Source: a virus
Taxonomy: Duplodnaviria; Caudoviricetes
Reading direction: 5' to 3' (one strand)
DNA: 25,117 bases
Virus record (IMG/VR): IMGVR_UViG_3300022183_000065
Span: 1 to 25,117 of that record
Below are positions 24,774 through 25,117 of this stretch, piece after piece. The position numbers and the translations under genes were made by a program. A model generated the notes under the pieces. The model had not been told where the DNA came from, did no database searches, and worked only from the letters and a program-made list of their open reading frames with translations. The first letter of the stretch is position 1; every line of letters starts with the position of its first letter.

Positions 24774-25117
24774 AGTCTGCTCGTATTTAATCCATATTTC
24801 TCAAGATGTGATAGTTTACCCAGATCATACGCTGCAATAAAAGCATTGTAACCCGCTGAGCCTGTTTCTGATGGTTCATTTATCCACACACGGTATGCGG
24901 GACAACCATACATTGTTTTATACTTTTCTTCTAGCTCGGACAGGATTTCACAGGAACTGTGATGGCGGGATGACCAAGCAATTTCTCCCACACTAAACTC
25001 GTAGCTTACGCACTCTTCTGGTAAGTAACCTACCTCAAACTTGTCATCTCCAGAGGGCTTATCAGGAACTCCCACACGCTCTATTACTGACTTTACGAAG
25101 CCCGTAGAGCGAAAAAC
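24770..25117 (-). CDS. D2: D2-like protein, C-terminal part (5'-truncated)
   Basis: Frame open to the window edge (VFRSTGFVKSVIERVGVP...). FSVGEIAW...YRVWI...LSHLEKYG resembles the T5 D2 C-terminus as I recall it, and it lies upstream of D3. Confidence 0.72.
   Translation of the reverse strand, partial: VFRSTGFVKSVIERVGVPDKPSGDDKFEVGYLPEECVSYEFSVGEIAWSSRHHSSCEILSELEEKYKTMYGCPAYRVWINEPSETGSAGYNAFIAAYDLGKLSHLEKYGLNTSRL

Noticed and set aside
1-25117. CRISPR array or regularly spaced non-coding repeat array
   Set aside because: None seen. The window is almost fully coding and the only dispersed non-coding repeat is the promoter family.

Overview
A 25-kb fragment of a lytic T5-like (Demerecviridae-type) phage genome, probably aquatic. 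Bases 1-3884 (+) hold the 3' end of a late cluster: a 5'-truncated tail fibre with GxVGIGTxxP repeats, small fibre-associated genes, a BppU-like protein and a holin-like protein. Bases 3885-25117 (-) hold the T5-syntenic replication arm: D2, D3, PC4-like protein, split NAD-dependent ligase A/B, D5, DnaB-like helicase, primase, family A polymerase, PhoH, D10-D15, then nrdA/nrdB. Four small genes missing from the ORF track were added. The most interesting observations are: (1) a 70-aa PEP-CTERM microprotein with no signal peptide whose stop codon lies inside a lone tRNA-Thr; (2) a probable AUU-initiated 28-aa N-terminal extension of D3 within a structured leader; (3) a pseudogenised, diverged second copy of the tail-fibre C-terminus, read as a scar of a fibre swap; (4) five TTGAC(A/T)-17-TATAAT promoters, four of which supply the stop codon of the upstream gene and one of which implies a leaderless ligase mRNA. 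Family assignments come from motif recognition and gene order, not database searches.
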